The notes under the pieces were generated by a model. It was not told the DNA's origin. It saw only the letters and a program-made list of their open reading frames with translations, and ran no database searches. DNA of 64,000 bases from an uncultured Candidatus Peribacteria bacterium (GTDB taxonomy: Bacteria; Patescibacteriota; Gracilibacteria; Peribacterales; Peribacteraceae), in NCBI GenBank assembly GCA_964427895.1, contig CAYRUZ010000004.1, forward strand, positions 16,648-80,647, given 5' to 3'. This document shows, piece after piece, positions 1 to 8,495 of this stretch. The position numbers and the translations under genes were made by a program. The first letter of the stretch is position 1, and each line of letters starts with the position of its first letter.

Positions 1-53
1 ATCGTCGCCCTTCTGATCGTCTCGGGTCACACCCATCCCCTTCCCTCAGTCCC

Positions 54-719
54 ATGTCCGACGATCAGATCGTGCACGCGCAAGAGCTCATCGAGAGCGC
101 CATGTCTTCGCTGAAGACGGCCTCCGCGCTCCTCCGCGATCTTTCCGGCATCGCGGACCCCACGCGTGAGCGCCACATGATGCGCGCGAGCCGCATGCCG
201 ACGACGGGGCCCGTCAGCGGGCGCGTCGTAGAGGGAATCTTCGACGGACAGAACATGATGGACGGCGCGGGACAGAGTTATCCGGTTCCGGCCAACTACG
301 CGAGCAAGAGCAAATTGGTGGAAGGTGACGGCATGAAGCTGACCATCACGGAAGAGGGCAAATTCATCTACAAGCAGATCGCCCCGATCGACCGCCGCAC
401 GACCAAAGGCGTCCTCATCCAGGAGGACGGTCAGTACAAGGTTCTCGCCGAAGGAAAGAGCTTCCGCGTCCTTCTCGCGTCGGTCACATTCTACCGTGCA
501 GAAGTCGGCGATCAGGTGACGATCCTGCTCCCGAACGAAGGCGAGGCGCACTGGGGTGCCGTCGAGGCGGTGATCCCGAAGCACCTGGCCGAGTCGGCCG
601 CCGCACAGATGGTGGCGAACGCCGAGAGCGAGGCGGACGGCGAACTCTCCCCCGTCGTCGACGAGGCGAAGGAGGAAGCCCCCAAGAAGCGCCGCAAGAA
701 GGCGACCGACGAGGAGTAA
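54..719 (+). CDS. hypothetical protein (221 aa) with Lys/Arg-rich C-terminal tail
   Basis: Track ORF with G/C-rich third codon positions like its neighbours. Tail KEEAPKKRRKKATDEE. No family recognised. The overlapping antisense 482-aa ORF is judged spurious. Confidence 0.6.
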   Translation: MSDDQIVHAQELIESAMSSLKTASALLRDLSGIADPTRERHMMRASRMPTTGPVSGRVVEGIFDGQNMMDGAGQSYPVPANYASKSKLVEGDGMKLTITEEGKFIYKQIAPIDRRTTKGVLIQEDGQYKVLAEGKSFRVLLASVTFYRAEVGDQVTILLPNEGEAHWGAVEAVIPKHLAESAAAQMVANAESEADGELSPVVDEAKEEAPKKRRKKATDEE

Positions 720-764
720 TCCCGCCAGAAAAGACGTGCCATCGGTGCCGCGGTCTGTGGTATT

Positions 765-2084
765 GTGATCGCCGTGCCACGACGCCGACGCCGCATTCTG
801 ATGCCCATCCTCGCCGCCCTCCTGTGTGCGGCGGTCATCATCGGCGTGCTCTGGTGGCAGTTGCGCGTGGCGGGAATCGAAATCCTGGGGCAGCGAAAGA
901 ACGCGGATCCGACGAAGCCCACACCCATCGTCCCCCAGCAGATCGTCGAAGTATCGGTCGATCCGCGCGACGTTTCGCTGCTTCATTTGCGCAAAGGCGA
1001 TCTCGCGGCATTGCAGGGCGATTGGAAAACGGCCGAGGATGAATACCGCCAGTCGGTGGATGCCGAAGGCGGACTGCCGGCGCTGCGCAAACTCGCCCAG
1101 GCGCAGATGCAACGAGGGGCCGTCGAGCCGCTGCAGGACACGGTTGCCCGCATGCGCGATGCGGGGGCGAAAGAGGAGGACGTGATGCTCATCGACGCCA
1201 TCGTGTCGCTCCGCGCCAACGACATGGAGAAAGCGCGCACCATCCTCACCGAGGCCGAGGATACTCCGCAAAAACACTACGGCCTGGGATTGCTCCGCAT
1301 CCTCGAAGGCAACCATGACGACGCGCGTCATGAACTGACCTTGGCGGAGAACGGATGGGAACCGGTGTTGCGCACCTATGCCAAAACCCTGAAGACGGCG
1401 TACGACGAGTACGAACTCTTCCCCGACAGTCCGAATATTCATCTGGTCACGCTCATCGCTCGTGCGTTGGCCCAAGTGCAGGAATGCCCCCTTGCCCTTC
1501 CCCTGCTTCAGCAGGTCACCCTCCAGCAGGACGACTACCGCGACGCGTGGATCGTGCGCGGATACTGCGAGCTGACGGCAGAACTGGGCGACGCCGCGCT
1601 CGAATCATTCGAGAAGGCCTACTCCATCGACCCGGAAAAGCCGGAGATCCAGTACTTCCTCGCCCGCGCCTACAGCCAGATGGAGGACCACACGAACGCC
1701 ATCACCTTCTTGCAGTACGCCCTCAAGAACGGCTTCCAGCCCGAGCAGGAAGTACGCCGAGTATTGGCCAAGGAAGCACTCGCCAACGGCGACGGCACGC
1801 TGGCACTGGAACAGTACATCGCGCTGTCGCAGTTCTCGGATGCCGAATTCGAGACATACCAGAACGTCGTGGCTCTCTCGTCGGCCGCGGACAAGAATGA
1901 GGACGCCTACAACACCGCTCTTGAAGCAACGAAGAAGTGGCCAGAGGACGCCAGGGCCTACGATCTCCTCGGGTGGGCGGCGACCCAGGTCGGAAAGACG
2001 GATGAAGCACGCACGGCACTGGAGAAGGCTCTCGAACTCGACCCGAGCCTGATGAGCGCCCGTGAGCACCTGAACCAGCTGTGA
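765..2084 (+). CDS. membrane-anchored TPR-repeat protein
   Basis: Arg-rich N-terminus plus TM helix (ILMPILAALLCAAVIIGVLWW), then TPR-like helices (AYSIDPEKPEIQYFLARAYSQMEDHTNAITFLQYALK; ARTALEKALELDPS). TATTGT(761-766)-N7-GTG(774) suggests the true start is 774. Confidence 0.75.
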   Translation: MIAVPRRRRRILMPILAALLCAAVIIGVLWWQLRVAGIEILGQRKNADPTKPTPIVPQQIVEVSVDPRDVSLLHLRKGDLAALQGDWKTAEDEYRQSVDAEGGLPALRKLAQAQMQRGAVEPLQDTVARMRDAGAKEEDVMLIDAIVSLRANDMEKARTILTEAEDTPQKHYGLGLLRILEGNHDDARHELTLAENGWEPVLRTYAKTLKTAYDEYELFPDSPNIHLVTLIARALAQVQECPLALPLLQQVTLQQDDYRDAWIVRGYCELTAELGDAALESFEKAYSIDPEKPEIQYFLARAYSQMEDHTNAITFLQYALKNGFQPEQEVRRVLAKEALANGDGTLALEQYIALSQFSDAEFETYQNVVALSSAADKNEDAYNTALEATKKWPEDARAYDLLGWAATQVGKTDEARTALEKALELDPSLMSAREHLNQL

Positions 2085-2770
2085 GCCGCACCGCCGTCAT
2101 CACCGGCGGGAGCAACGGCATCGGCGCCGCGCTGGCAGGCGTCCTGTTGAATCGCGGCTACCGCGTGTTTTGCATCGACACCGTTCCCTGCGAGAACACA
2201 GACTGCACGACCATCATCGCTGACGTGCGGAGTCCCGAGCAGTTGGCACGAGCCGCGCGCGAATGCCCCGCGGCCATCGACCTCCTGGTGAACAACGCGG
2301 GAGTGATGCGGCGCGGCACGGTGACGGGGATGACGACCGCCGATCTCAACCTGGTGATCGACGTGCATCTCAAGGGTGCTCTGTACGTTTTCCGCGCACT
2401 CTATCCCCTTCTGGCGAAAGACGCCGTCGTCCTCCAGATGTCGTCACGGCACGCCGTGACTCCGCCGGTCGACCCCGGCGTATACGGCCTGGCCAAGCAG
2501 GCGACGGCCCACGTCGCGGGCCTCATCCGGCGCAGCCACCCGAACCTTCACGTGAAGCTGGCATTCCCGGGCCCGGTGGATACCGAACTCGGGCGGCATC
2601 AAGTGAGCGCCGAGGAACTGGAATCGAAACGCAAAACAATGATCACGCCGGAAGAACTGTCGCAGCATCTGTGGACCCTCATCGATTCGCCCGACTACCG
2701 CTGCCTCAATTTCGACCAGAAGAAATGGTCGTACGGGTTCCAGGAGGAGTGGCCGGCTATGCCGATTTAA
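2081..2770 (+). CDS. short-chain dehydrogenase/reductase (SDR) family oxidoreductase
   Basis: TGGSNGIG Rossmann motif, NNAG, catalytic YGLAK (YxxxK). 4-nt overlap with the upstream stop. Confidence 0.85.
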   Translation: MSRTAVITGGSNGIGAALAGVLLNRGYRVFCIDTVPCENTDCTTIIADVRSPEQLARAARECPAAIDLLVNNAGVMRRGTVTGMTTADLNLVIDVHLKGALYVFRALYPLLAKDAVVLQMSSRHAVTPPVDPGVYGLAKQATAHVAGLIRRSHPNLHVKLAFPGPVDTELGRHQVSAEELESKRKTMITPEELSQHLWTLIDSPDYRCLNFDQKKWSYGFQEEWPAMPI

Positions 2771-5331
2771 CGCATCGCCTTGCTGATCTGCATGCTCACG
2801 CTCGTCTTCATCGTGGCGAAGATCTGCTGCTCGTTGCCCTGCTTGTTCTTCCACTGGTAATCGAACATGACACGGAGCCTGTTCTTTTCCGCGAAGGCGT
2901 CGAAGTAGGGTCGGTATTCGGCGGGGCACACCTCCAATTCTAAGCGTTCGTAGATGCGCTCGTATGCAGCATCGGCCGGTGACTCCTCGGTGACGCGCTC
3001 CCGCACGACCGAACCGGCAGTGTCTCGCGGCACAGACACCGCTGCAGCGGATGCACGTTGCACATCCGGCTTCCACTGACGCAGATCATCTTCCGTCAGA
3101 CCGGGAGCGGCGGACAGAACGACAAGAATGGGATTGCCCGAAGAGCTGTCGCTATTCGCCGTCAACGCCTGCTGAATGGCCGCCTTGCGTTCCATCGCGC
3201 GACGCAGCGCATGCAACGGCGTCTCTTCGGGCGCCGCGGGTTGGGATACCACATCACGGGCCTGCAGCGCCGCCAGGACCAGATCCATGCGATTGGCATC
3301 AGCCAGCTGCTGGCACCACGCATTCAGCGCATCGCTGACAGTGGCATGGGCACGCAGCGCACGCAGGTACATGCCGTGCGGAGCGGCATCGATGTTGAGG
3401 GACGATAGAAGCGTGGCGAAGCGATCGTCGCTCACCGTCTCGCTGTTGGAGAGCATGACGGCTGTCTTTCGAGCATTGTTCGCCTTGGATGCCTCTGCAA
3501 CCTCCTCGGTGTAGGCGGAAATCGACGTGCTGCGGCTTGTCGCGAGGATGTCCATCGCGGACGCCAGGGGCGGCTTTGCCGCGCGGCTGATGCGTGCGGC
3601 AGACCGATACCAGTCGATGTGCAGTTCGTCGGTCATCACCGCACTGCCGTCTTTCAGCACCTGGCGCAGATGCGTGAGCGTCGGCACTTCTTCGCCCGCG
3701 AGAATGCGCGGGACGGTGGATTTCTTGCTGATGGGAACATGCTGAAGCACGCGCGCGGCGCTGGCCTTTTCGATGAGGCGGGCGAACGCATCGACGACGG
3801 TGCGCGGACCGTGGTAGTCATTCCACCGCTCGACGGTCTTGGCGCTCTTGGCCCATACCGCGCGGAGGATGGCCTCGCTCAAGCCGGGAATCGTCGGATG
3901 CGGGTCCTCCATTGGGATATCCATCGTATTGAACGGCGCGGGGAGGTCGGCGGGGACAATGGCGCCCTCCACCATGAAAAGGTGGGGCGAGCTCAGGTGT
4001 TTCGTCGCCAATTTGGGACGACTCTTGTATTCAGCGGTGAAGGCATGGGCCAGCCTGTCGGCATCATCGAGCGTGTTTGCAGCCAGACAGGCGACGGCGT
4101 GCATGGAAACGGCATCATTCACGCGCGCGTCGCGGATGCTGTCCACAACCAACGAAACCGGCGACGGCTCATCGGGGCGGCGTTCACGTGGATTGAGTGC
4201 CAAGGTGACGTCCTCGTTGCTCATTCCGGGAGCATCCGCAAGACGCGCGAGAACTTGCTGAGAGAAGGATGCGGGCGCCTCGACGACGGCTTCGCTCAAA
4301 GCTTGATAGTCTTGCATGAAGGAACTGCCAACAGCGACCGGGATGATCTTATCGGCGACCAAACGATCGATGATCGTCGCGACGGTCGTGAACTCGAGGC
4401 CGCTCATGTCATTGCCTGCCAACATGCGCGCCTGGCGTGCCGGAATCTTGTAGTGCTGACGCAGTGCCCCCTCATGTTGTTTAATGCCAGGAAATGCGGC
4501 GAGCATTTTCAGGCGCTCGGCAAGCAACTCCGCCGGTCCGCGGGCTTGGCGTTCGGCCTTCAACTTCTTTTCCGTATCCGCCATCCACGCCGCGCGCAGC
4601 TGCGTGAGCCAGGGATGCTCCCACAACTCTGCAAGGGCAGGCTCGGGCTGGTCAGGCTTCTGCTCACCCTTGTACTGGCGATCGTGCTTGAGCATCGCGA
4701 GTACCGCCGCGAGGTTCGTATCGAAGGTACCGAGCTGGCCCGATGTGGCGCGCTTGTCCAGATTGCCGTACTTCATCTCCGTGAGCGCCTCGAACATTTT
4801 GCGCCCGTAGCGCAGGGCCAACTGTCGCAGCACGCCGACGACCGTGCCTTTCTCCTTGGCATCCACGAGGGCATCGGCGATGCGGCCGATCGACGCGTCG
4901 ATGGTTGTGAGGACCAGCGGATCATCGATCTTCGTTGCCATCTCACGCCAATCGGGAATCACTTGTGCGTACGTTCGGGGAGAACCCGTCCCCTTCTCCA
5001 ATCCGCTCAAAACGTTCTGCCCGCGCACAGCATCGCTCGCAGCAACGAAACACTTCTGCATGGCCTGGAGCGCAATGCAGCGAATGACGCGCGGATGGTA
5101 GGCAAGCACCTCCCCGGTCTCCCATCCTTCCCGCGTGATGCGATTGAGGGCGTCGGCGTTGCGCTTCGGTTGATCAACAAGACCGTCGACGTTCAGCTGA
5201 AGAAGATCACCCACTTTCGCGTGGATGGCCTTCGCCGCGGCATCGTCCGCCAGCGGCACGGTGACGATCGGGAGAGATTGCGGGGCAATTCTCTCTAAAT
5301 CTGCGCGGGGGGCGGAGTTCTTGGCGGGCAT
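2767..5331 (-). CDS. orphan cytoplasmic protein (854 aa), no recognisable domain
   Basis: Track ORF 2767..5565 trimmed to ATG 5331 (MPAKNSAPRADLER). The 78 upstream codons overlap a terminator and promoter. TAGAGT lies 8 nt before this ATG. No TM helix or signal peptide. Confidence 0.7.
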   Translation of the reverse strand: MPAKNSAPRADLERIAPQSLPIVTVPLADDAAAKAIHAKVGDLLQLNVDGLVDQPKRNADALNRITREGWETGEVLAYHPRVIRCIALQAMQKCFVAASDAVRGQNVLSGLEKGTGSPRTYAQVIPDWREMATKIDDPLVLTTIDASIGRIADALVDAKEKGTVVGVLRQLALRYGRKMFEALTEMKYGNLDKRATSGQLGTFDTNLAAVLAMLKHDRQYKGEQKPDQPEPALAELWEHPWLTQLRAAWMADTEKKLKAERQARGPAELLAERLKMLAAFPGIKQHEGALRQHYKIPARQARMLAGNDMSGLEFTTVATIIDRLVADKIIPVAVGSSFMQDYQALSEAVVEAPASFSQQVLARLADAPGMSNEDVTLALNPRERRPDEPSPVSLVVDSIRDARVNDAVSMHAVACLAANTLDDADRLAHAFTAEYKSRPKLATKHLSSPHLFMVEGAIVPADLPAPFNTMDIPMEDPHPTIPGLSEAILRAVWAKSAKTVERWNDYHGPRTVVDAFARLIEKASAARVLQHVPISKKSTVPRILAGEEVPTLTHLRQVLKDGSAVMTDELHIDWYRSAARISRAAKPPLASAMDILATSRSTSISAYTEEVAEASKANNARKTAVMLSNSETVSDDRFATLLSSLNIDAAPHGMYLRALRAHATVSDALNAWCQQLADANRMDLVLAALQARDVVSQPAAPEETPLHALRRAMERKAAIQQALTANSDSSSGNPILVVLSAAPGLTEDDLRQWKPDVQRASAAAVSVPRDTAGSVVRERVTEESPADAAYERIYERLELEVCPAEYRPYFDAFAEKNRLRVMFDYQWKNKQGNEQQIFATMKTSVSMQISKAMR

Positions 5332-5339
5332 GGCAAACG

Positions 5340-5367
5340 ACTCTACAGCGCGAAAATCGCTCGTCAA
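5340..5367 (-). promoter_or_regulatory. sigma70-like promoter of the 854-aa gene (TTGACG-N16-TAGAGT)
   Basis: Minus strand: -35 TTGACG 5367-5362, 16-nt spacer, -10 TAGAGT 5345-5340, 8 nt to ATG 5331. Confidence 0.45.
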
Positions 5368-5375
5368 TGCCCGAA

Positions 5376-5401
5376 CAAACAAAAAGACCCTTGCGGGTCT
5401 T
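5376..5401 (-). terminator. intrinsic terminator
   Basis: Minus strand AAGACCC-GCAA-GGGTCTT hairpin followed by TTTTTGTTTG. Confidence 0.7.
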
Positions 5402-5892
5402 GATGTGTATGTTTGTCTCTCTCCTGGCGAACGACGCACGACGGCGTGGAAGCCATTGATGGAGGGAGGACGAGGGGAGGAGCCCTCAGGACTCTGCTGT
5501 ACTCTGGTCGCTTGTTTCTCCTCGTGACCCGGCGAGGTCCCCGGACCGGTCCGCCGCAAGTGCACTAAGGCCCAAGGGGAACACTGGGGAGTAGGGTTGG
5601 TTCGCTTCCCGAGGCAGCCTCACGATCGGGAAACGCGTGTTGTAGAGCAGAGAGGATGGTGACCACGTGGTCGGTGAGAGTGAGTCGGACGCGCAGACGG
5701 TCGCTGTACCCAGAAGTGTGCAAAGTGGTTGCAGTGTGTGGCCGGGAGGAACGTTGGCTTCCTTCTTTCTCTCCTTGGTGATCGAGGTGATCACTATCCT
5801 CTCTACGAGTGGCGGTGGTGAGTAAGGATCGGCGGCTGCGCAGCCGGGTGTGTGTGGGTGTCGATCTGCGCTTGGCAAATCACGTCACTGTA
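5376..5892 (-). ncRNA. candidate ~500-nt noncoding transcript of unknown class
   Basis: Bounded by TTGCCG(5915-5910)-N17-TACAGT(5892-5887) and the 5376-5401 terminator. The only ORF (130 aa, TTG start) has atypical A/T-ending codons. Perfect palindromes at 5834-5845, 5661-5672 and 5543-5552. No RNase P, SRP, tmRNA or riboswitch core motif seen. Confidence 0.35.
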
Positions 5893-6008
5893 CTCAGTCT
5901 GTTTTCCAACGGCAAGAATCTGGCATCGACTGAAAACAAAAACGATTGTATGAACACAAAAAAAGTTCACTGGACCGCAGCCACTAGCGGTAGGCAGAAT
6001 GATGGCTC

Positions 6009-7484
6009 ATGCGGTGGCCGCACCTTCCATCTCGGGCTGATATCGCGTCTCTCGGTAAACGCACGGTCATCGTGGCGGTCAGTCTCGTCGCGGTCGCCGG
6101 CGTCGCCCTCGGCGCAGGTTTCGTGTACTTGACCCTGCGGAATCAAACGTCCATGGCGGAGGACGTACTGCCGGCGAACGAAACGATCGCCGTCATGCAC
6201 AATGCCGACGGCGAGATGATCGATGCGGTTAGAGGCATCACCAACCTGTTGGACAATGCGCCGCAGCTGATGAATGACGAAGAGTCAGCGGCATTGGTGC
6301 GCATGCCCGACGGAACAACGGAGTGGGTGGTGCTGCGACCGTCCCAGGAAGGCGGAACCTTCGAGATCGACGGTTCGGCGCAGGCGCAGGATCTCATCCG
6401 CACGGCGGGGGTCTTGCTCCGCCGCGATGAACAGTATCGTGCGATGGCTTCGGCCCGCACCAAGCAAGACGGATGGATCTACCTCGCGGATCTCGGCGAA
6501 AACCCCGCGGTCGGTTTCGCCCAGCGGGTAGCTATCCAACGTAAAGGAGAGGTGATGCGTCTCATCCTCTCCCCCAGTCGCCCCTCGTTGGAGGCAGGAT
6601 TGGAGCGCGATGTCATAGCCGCCTTCCCGGCACCCTTCTTTGTCATGAGCGTCGCAGACGCACAGGTGGCACTGCAGATGACGAAGCAGGCGATGAACCC
6701 CGATGCGTTGTTGCTGGCCACAGCCCGACTGCGGCAGTGGGCGAAGGACCATCTCGGTCCGGGCATTTCCCTCGACCGCGATCTCGCCGCGCTTTTGCGC
6801 GGCAGCGCGACGCTTCAATTGGCACGAACGACGGAGACGGGCGCGGTTCTCGGAGTGCTCACCGGCGTACTGCCGCAGAATGCCGACGTCGACGCCCTTC
6901 TGGGGCAACTGCACGAGAAATTCGTCCAGGGCCTGCCGAAAATCGCGCATTTCCAACGAGACCTGGGCGATAACCTCTCCGTTTCCGACCTGCGCCTCGA
7001 CGACACGGTCGTGGTCACGCAGAGCAAGAGCATCAACGGCTGGGGGGTACGTCTCTCGAGCCACAAGGAACTCGGCTTCATCCTCGCGAGTGCATGGCAA
7101 GGCAACCGCTTCATGATCAGCAACGACCCCGATGCCCTCGAGCGGCTCGTCCGTGATCGCGGCGAACTTCCGTCCATTTACCTCAGTACCGAACAGGCGC
7201 CGACGGGCGAGTTGCTAGCCGGAGGGTTCGCGGAATTCTCCCAGATGAAGGACGTGCTCCCCTCTTCCTTGCCCGGCCTCGTCCTCGCACGCTTCCCGCT
7301 GCCGTGGCTGCCGTTCTCCCGCGCCCTGTGGACGCTCGAGCGGAAGGACGGAGTGACCGCCCTCGAGCTCGTCGGCGTAAAGGACGATGGGAAGAAGGAA
7401 AGGATGAAGGAAGAGAAGCCGCAAGCGCTCACGGGTACCGGAATCACTTCTTCCGGCGCGCAAAACGCCCCCGAAGGGCAGTAG
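6009..7484 (+). CDS. membrane-anchored hypothetical protein (491 aa)
   Basis: N-terminal TM helix VIVAVSLVAVAGVALGAGFVYLTL, then a large soluble domain. TGGACC(5971-5976)-N18-CAGAAT(5995-6000)-N8-ATG with an upstream A-tract. Confidence 0.7.
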   Translation: MRWPHLPSRADIASLGKRTVIVAVSLVAVAGVALGAGFVYLTLRNQTSMAEDVLPANETIAVMHNADGEMIDAVRGITNLLDNAPQLMNDEESAALVRMPDGTTEWVVLRPSQEGGTFEIDGSAQAQDLIRTAGVLLRRDEQYRAMASARTKQDGWIYLADLGENPAVGFAQRVAIQRKGEVMRLILSPSRPSLEAGLERDVIAAFPAPFFVMSVADAQVALQMTKQAMNPDALLLATARLRQWAKDHLGPGISLDRDLAALLRGSATLQLARTTETGAVLGVLTGVLPQNADVDALLGQLHEKFVQGLPKIAHFQRDLGDNLSVSDLRLDDTVVVTQSKSINGWGVRLSSHKELGFILASAWQGNRFMISNDPDALERLVRDRGELPSIYLSTEQAPTGELLAGGFAEFSQMKDVLPSSLPGLVLARFPLPWLPFSRALWTLERKDGVTALELVGVKDDGKKERMKEEKPQALTGTGITSSGAQNAPEGQ

Positions 7485-7517
7485 CTTTTATTTCGGAACG
7501 TGGTACTCTCTGCTTCC

Positions 7518-8423
7518 ATGTCGTTCATCCGACTCGCCAAATATCTGTTGCCGTTCTCGCTGCTCCTCGTGGCGGGATCACTGGTCATGTTCATCACGCC
7601 GGGCCCCCGCCTGAGCATCGAATTCACGGGAGGCACCCTGATGGAACTGGAATTGCCGAAAGGCAAGGACGCCGCCGACTTGGAGAAGACGCTCGAGAGC
7701 TACTCTTGGCCCGATGAACAGGCCCGCCAGAGTGTTTCGCTGTCGCGCACGCGCACGGGCACGGTCTTCGCCCGCACCATCAATCTCTCCAATGAAGAGC
7801 ACGAAGCGCTCATGAACCACGTGAAGAAGGACATCCCGAATATCGCGGAGCGCCAGTTCACCACCATCGGACCCACCGTTGGCGCCACCCTGCAACGCCG
7901 CGCCCTGTGGGCGTTGGCCGTCGCTTCAGCCGCCATCATCATCTATCTCGCCATCGCCTTCCGCAAAGTGCCGCGCCACCTGAGCGCGTGGACGTTCGGC
8001 TTCGCCGCCGTCATCGCTCTGCTGCACGACCTCATCCTTACCTGCGGCATCTTCACCATCCTCAGCTACACGACGTCCTTCCAGATGGACACGCTGTTCG
8101 TGACGGCCCTGCTCTCGATCATGGGATACTCGGTCTCCGACACGATCGTCATCTTCGATCGAATCCGCGAGAACCTGCAGCTCGACGGCAAGCGCCACGA
8201 TCTGCGTTCCATCGCGGACAACAGCTTGAAGCAGACGCTCTCCCGCACGCTCAGCACAGGTATGACGACGATGATCATGCTGTTCTTCCTGTTCCTGCTC
8301 GGCGCCGAAAGCATCCGCTGGTTCATGTTGACGCTCATCATCGGTACCGTGATCGGAACGTACTCGTCGTTCTTCATCGCCACGCCGCTCGTCGTCTTCT
8401 GGCACGGCCGCAAGCAGAAGTAA
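7518..8423 (+). CDS. secF: protein translocase subunit SecF
   Basis: SIEFTGGT region, six TM helices, SDTIVIFDRIRE motif. Start moved from 7500 to ATG 7518 (MSFIRLAKY), 8 nt after TACTCT. Confidence 0.9.
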   Translation: MSFIRLAKYLLPFSLLLVAGSLVMFITPGPRLSIEFTGGTLMELELPKGKDAADLEKTLESYSWPDEQARQSVSLSRTRTGTVFARTINLSNEEHEALMNHVKKDIPNIAERQFTTIGPTVGATLQRRALWALAVASAAIIIYLAIAFRKVPRHLSAWTFGFAAVIALLHDLILTCGIFTILSYTTSFQMDTLFVTALLSIMGYSVSDTIVIFDRIRENLQLDGKRHDLRSIADNSLKQTLSRTLSTGMTTMIMLFFLFLLGAESIRWFMLTLIIGTVIGTYSSFFIATPLVVFWHGRKQK

Positions 8424-8495
8424 GCCGTTTCCTGCCGTTAACCCCCCGGAAAAGCGATAGTTTTTCGCTGATCCCCTGTGTATCCTTCCTCGGCC

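Noticed and set aside
27-1475. 482-aa minus-strand ORF overlapping two plus-strand genes
   Set aside because: Antisense to well-formed genes (a hypothetical protein and a TPR protein). The product is Arg/Gly/His-rich and looks random. Long stop-free antisense frames are expected at this GC content.
5799-5810. 12-mer CCTCTCTACGAG shared with the tmRNA region (~63938) plus nearby GGTGATCA motifs
   Set aside because: More than a hundred chance 12-mer repeats are expected in a window this size. TGATCA is self-complementary. No extended alignment between the two loci.
5486-5878. 130-aa ORF (TTG start) inside the orphan transcription unit
   Set aside because: About 57% G/C-ending codons in the first 60 codons counted, versus roughly 80% by eye in a native gene. 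Pro/Ser/Thr-rich sequence with no features. A TTG start is a poor fit for a leaderless mRNA. Kept only as an alternative explanation in the finding.
5950-5965. Exact 16-mer ATGAACACAAAAAAAG shared with 28463..28478 (possible dispersed repeat or mobile-element end)
   Set aside because: For about 64 kb on both strands, roughly one chance 16-mer match is expected. Both copies sit 4-6 nt upstream of a -35 hexamer, so an A-tract UP-element is the simpler reading. No flanking similarity.
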